Source: a virus
Lineage: Duplodnaviria > Caudoviricetes
Virus record (IMG/VR): IMGVR_UViG_3300017903_000263
Coordinates: 1-46,113 of that record
DNA length: 46,113 nucleotides
Direction: 5' to 3' (one strand)
Part shown: piece after piece, positions 43,444-46,113 of the stretch
Layout of the letters: each line of letters opens with the position of its first letter
How positions within the stretch are numbered: the first letter of the stretch is position 1
Notes under the pieces: generated by a model
The model's input: only the letters and a program-made list of their open reading frames with translations
Database searches by the model: none
What the model was told of the DNA's origin: nothing
Program-made: the position numbers and the translations under genes

Positions 43444-45092
43444 TAGCGATAGTCCCACATATATCCAACTTCTTCTTGGGTGTCTCCATACCAAACAGTA
43501 CCATCAGTGACAAACCCTTCGTCACCTTCTAGACCTGTAGTGATAAATCCAAATGGTGCCATGTCTTGTTCAATCTGGTTCTTCTGTTCATCATAGATAC
43601 GCTGACGAATATCATTGTCAGTCATCTCTTTGAAATAATCCTGCTGGACCAACCAGGCGAAGATAACCATACACATAACAAGGTCATCATGGAATCCCTC
43701 GTCTGCTTCAAATGATTGTTTCTTCTGGATGAATGTAGTCAACTCATTGATGATGTCATAGTCATTAAAGATAAGTTTGTCATCTTCCACAATAGTTTTG
43801 AGGTTGGCACATCCAACCTTCTTAACTGTCACACTCATCTTGACACCTAGTTGTGTCTTGTTACCTGAGAATCCTTGTCCAACAATCTGTCCCGCACGTC
43901 CACGCATGGCACACATAAGAACGTTAGGATACTCAAGGTCAAAGTTTAGAATCGATGCTACTTGATCTCCAATATCGTTGACTTCGCAGAGTACCCATGC
44001 ATTGTTAAATGCTCGGGCAACGTCATTGATAATGTTAGGAAACAGCATCGGTTTTACTTCGTTGTTTCGATACTTTGCTACTATGCGGTAGGGAACTGTA
44101 GTAATGTCAAAAACAATAAAAGCAGAATAGTCTCCGCCAACGCCCCTACTAACATCAACAGTAATAAGATATTCAGACTTGTCCTTTGGTTTTTCATAAA
44201 TGTCAAGTCCTTTGTTTTGGGAGATAGGATCTTCAAATACTAATGCCTTTAGTTTAGAGGCAGCAATCAAAGTGTCAACCGATCCTAAGAATTCACATTC
44301 AAATTCCTGTGTAAACTGACGTTCACTTGTGTTCTTGATAGTTTGTTCTTTCCAGTCAGCATCTCTACCTGGCACCTGTGACCAGTGAACTTCATGATAA
44401 GTGTATCCATTTCTGCCGTTGACTGCATCTGTCCACATCTTATAGAAGTGGTTCATACCCTGTGGGGTAGAGATGATGATTACTTTGGTGCTCTTACCAG
44501 AAGTAATAGTAGGATAAACAGATGCAAAGAACGAGTCAGCGATGTGATTTGGGACGAACGCGAACTCGTCGAGAAAGATGATGTTGAACGACATACCTCG
44601 GACAGCACTCGCAGACGTAGAAGCTGCCAATATCTTACTGCCATTTTCTAATTCGATGTTTCCTTTGTTCCATACTACCACACCTTGCTGGATCCATTTG
44701 GGCAAGTTTTCATATGCTGTTGCAAGTCTTGCCAAAAGGTCCCTAGCAGTTGATGCTTTGTTCGCCAGGATACCTACGTTAACATTGTCATTAAAAATGA
44801 GATAGTGTAGTAGGTATGAAACGACAGTAGTAGATTTGCCAGTCTGTCTAGGCAGCTTGGCAATGTTAAATCTATTGTGGTGGAACTTCTCAATTAACTC
44901 CTCTTGGAAGTCCCACATTTTGAATGGCACCAGACCTTCGTCAAGTGAAACGATCTTCACATAGTTCTTTGTGAAGTATACGGGATCTTCTTTACACTTG
45001 ATAAATTCTGCAACCTGTTCTTTTGTAAAGTCAATCTGAACGTTCGCTTTCTTTAGAAGCGGGTTGCCAAGATAAATCTGATCGGATGCCAT
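43443..45092 (-). CDS. gp17: Terminase large subunit (T4 gp17)
   Basis: YLGNPLLK, PRQTGKST, IFLDEFAF, DVSRG, HDDLVM. Confidence 0.98.
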   Translation of the reverse strand: MASDQIYLGNPLLKKANVQIDFTKEQVAEFIKCKEDPVYFTKNYVKIVSLDEGLVPFKMWDFQEELIEKFHHNRFNIAKLPRQTGKSTTVVSYLLHYLIFNDNVNVGILANKASTARDLLARLATAYENLPKWIQQGVVVWNKGNIELENGSKILAASTSASAVRGMSFNIIFLDEFAFVPNHIADSFFASVYPTITSGKSTKVIIISTPQGMNHFYKMWTDAVNGRNGYTYHEVHWSQVPGRDADWKEQTIKNTSERQFTQEFECEFLGSVDTLIAASKLKALVFEDPISQNKGLDIYEKPKDKSEYLITVDVSRGVGGDYSAFIVFDITTVPYRIVAKYRNNEVKPMLFPNIINDVARAFNNAWVLCEVNDIGDQVASILNFDLEYPNVLMCAMRGRAGQIVGQGFSGNKTQLGVKMSVTVKKVGCANLKTIVEDDKLIFNDYDIINELTTFIQKKQSFEADEGFHDDLVMCMVIFAWLVQQDYFKEMTDNDIRQRIYDEQKNQIEQDMAPFGFITTGLEGDEGFVTDGTVWYGDTQEEVGYMWDYR

Positions 45093-45113
45093 AAGAAACT
45101 AGTTCACCACTAG

Positions 45114-45120
45114 TATTTAT
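45114..45120 (-). promoter_or_regulatory. Late promoter of gp17 (ATAAATA)
   Basis: 22 nt upstream of the ATG. Confidence 0.7.
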
Positions 45121-45398
45121 TTGTCCCACCATTTGGTCTCACCGCCGCCATGATCGTCGGCAAACTTTTCTAGGTCTTCGAGACGCTTTTGCCAGTTGTC
45201 TCCTCCAACCTTTCCTCTGCTAGGATTGATACATTGATCGTCTCCTAGATTGTTGCAAACAAGACCTGCGAGATCTAGTTCGTTACCTTTTACTCCAGTC
45301 CCAGACCAGTAATGTTCGTTATTGATCCAGATAGCACCACATTTAGGGCATTCCTTCCTTGATAAACTAAGGTCGGACAGCTCTCTATCGTTGGTCAT
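45117..45398 (-). CDS. Hypothetical protein with CxxC
   Basis: ECPKCGAIW...HYWSGTG...LAGLVCN...CINP. Confidence 0.75.
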   Translation of the reverse strand: MTNDRELSDLSLSRKECPKCGAIWINNEHYWSGTGVKGNELDLAGLVCNNLGDDQCINPSRGKVGGDNWQKRLEDLEKFADDHGGGETKWWDK

Positions 45399-45606
45399 TG
45401 TTGAGTTCCTCTATGAGTTTGGCGATTTCTGCATGGTCTTCATCAAGTCGGCGCTTTAATTTCTTACGCATACGTTCCATACGGAACTCAACCCACGCCC
45501 ATCTTAGTTGTAGATCGACATAAGCAAAAAACCTCATCGTTGCCTCAACTCCCCCTACAGCGAAGAGGATGAGAACAAAGATGAGGATTAAGTAAGCACC
45601 ATACAT
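45385..45606 (-). CDS. Small membrane protein
   Basis: N-terminal TM helix and basic coiled tail. Confidence 0.7.
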   Translation of the reverse strand: MYGAYLILIFVLILFAVGGVEATMRFFAYVDLQLRWAWVEFRMERMRKKLKRRLDEDHAEIAKLIEELNNDQR

Positions 45607-45661
45607 GTGTTACATCCAGCTACACCTATTATAAGCTATGTAGGAGAAAATAGTGTAACAA

Positions 45662-45799
45662 TTAGCTACGATTTGTGTCCTTGTCTTGATTTTTAAACTT
45701 GCCCTCGTATACCTTAGTCCACGGAGCATAGAGAGGGAGAGGATAGTTCTTCTGTCCCTCTGCTAGTTTCTTATACCAATCAGCATCATATTTTGCCAT
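45662..45799 (-). CDS. Small hypothetical protein (45 aa), not in the ORF track
   Basis: MAKYDADWYKKLAEGQKNYPLPLYAPWTKVYEGKFKNQDKDTNRS*; starts right after the upstream stop. Confidence 0.5.
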   Translation of the reverse strand: MAKYDADWYKKLAEGQKNYPLPLYAPWTKVYEGKFKNQDKDTNRS

Positions 45800-45800
45800 G

Positions 45801-46082
45801 TCAACAATTCCATGCACGTAACGACTTGTTAATTCTTGAATCTGGATCGCGAGCAGTTTTCTTAGAAGTTAGCTTCGCTTTCATTCCTTTCATTCGAGCG
45901 CAGAAAGATTTCCTACGGGGATTTCCAACCTTCTTGCTTGGTGCCTTAAGGTCTGATCCTGGATTTTCTCTCTCGTAAGACTTGCGTCCTTTTTCGTTGA
46001 GTCCTCCAGATTTGGACTTTCCTTCTTTTCTGGTCCAGGCTGCTTCATTAAGTTCCTGTCTGAGTTCTCTAAACGACTTCAT
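45801..46082 (-). CDS. Basic hypothetical protein, possible internal head protein
   Basis: N-terminus MKSFRELRQELNE resembles the T4 capsid-targeting sequence; module AWTRKEGK...GGLNEKG...RRKSFCARM...WNC. Confidence 0.8.
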   Translation of the reverse strand: MKSFRELRQELNEAAWTRKEGKSKSGGLNEKGRKSYERENPGSDLKAPSKKVGNPRRKSFCARMKGMKAKLTSKKTARDPDSRINKSLRAWNC

Positions 46083-46113
46083 ATTTATTACCCCATTACT
46101 GCTACAGGACCGA

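Noticed and set aside
45655-45669. Possible NtcA box GTA...TAC
   Set aside because: The spacer is 9 nt, not the canonical GTA-N8-TAC
46082-46088. ATAAATA as the promoter for 45801-46082
   Set aside because: It overlaps the ATG itself, so a transcript would begin inside the gene; it may be chance or serve downstream ORFs

Overview
This window is the conserved core of a T4-like marine cyanomyovirus (Kyanoviridae-like), and every supportable gene lies on the minus strand. In transcription order (right to left) it begins with the packaging and virion block (gp17, gp18, gp19, gp20, gp21, gp22, gp23, gp3). Next come uvsY, uvsW, gp55, gp47 and gp46, then a 2OG-Fe(II) oxygenase, an HEXXH-peptidase/vWA gene and a MoxR-type AAA+ ('cobS') gene. 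The replication block follows (gp45, gp44, dam, gp62, regA, hsp20, gp43, uvsX, gp41, mazG), then a late-promoter block of poorly understood genes, primase gp61, nrdA, nrdB and small membrane proteins. T4-type late promoters (ATAAATA), sigma70-like promoters and hairpin terminators are visible. I saw no tRNA, CRISPR array, intron, intein or transposase. The best candidates for undescribed biology are: (1) a ~76-nt late ncRNA with an H-type pseudoknot between regA and hsp20; (2) a late operon encoding a PD-(D/E)XK-like nuclease, a KxDG ligase-like protein and an NMNAT-like transferase; (3) basic modular proteins punctuated by gp21-type (I/L)xE cleavage sites; (4) back-to-back sigma70 promoters at gp55, one of which fires antisense. 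Assignments come from motif and synteny recognition only, and no database searches were run.
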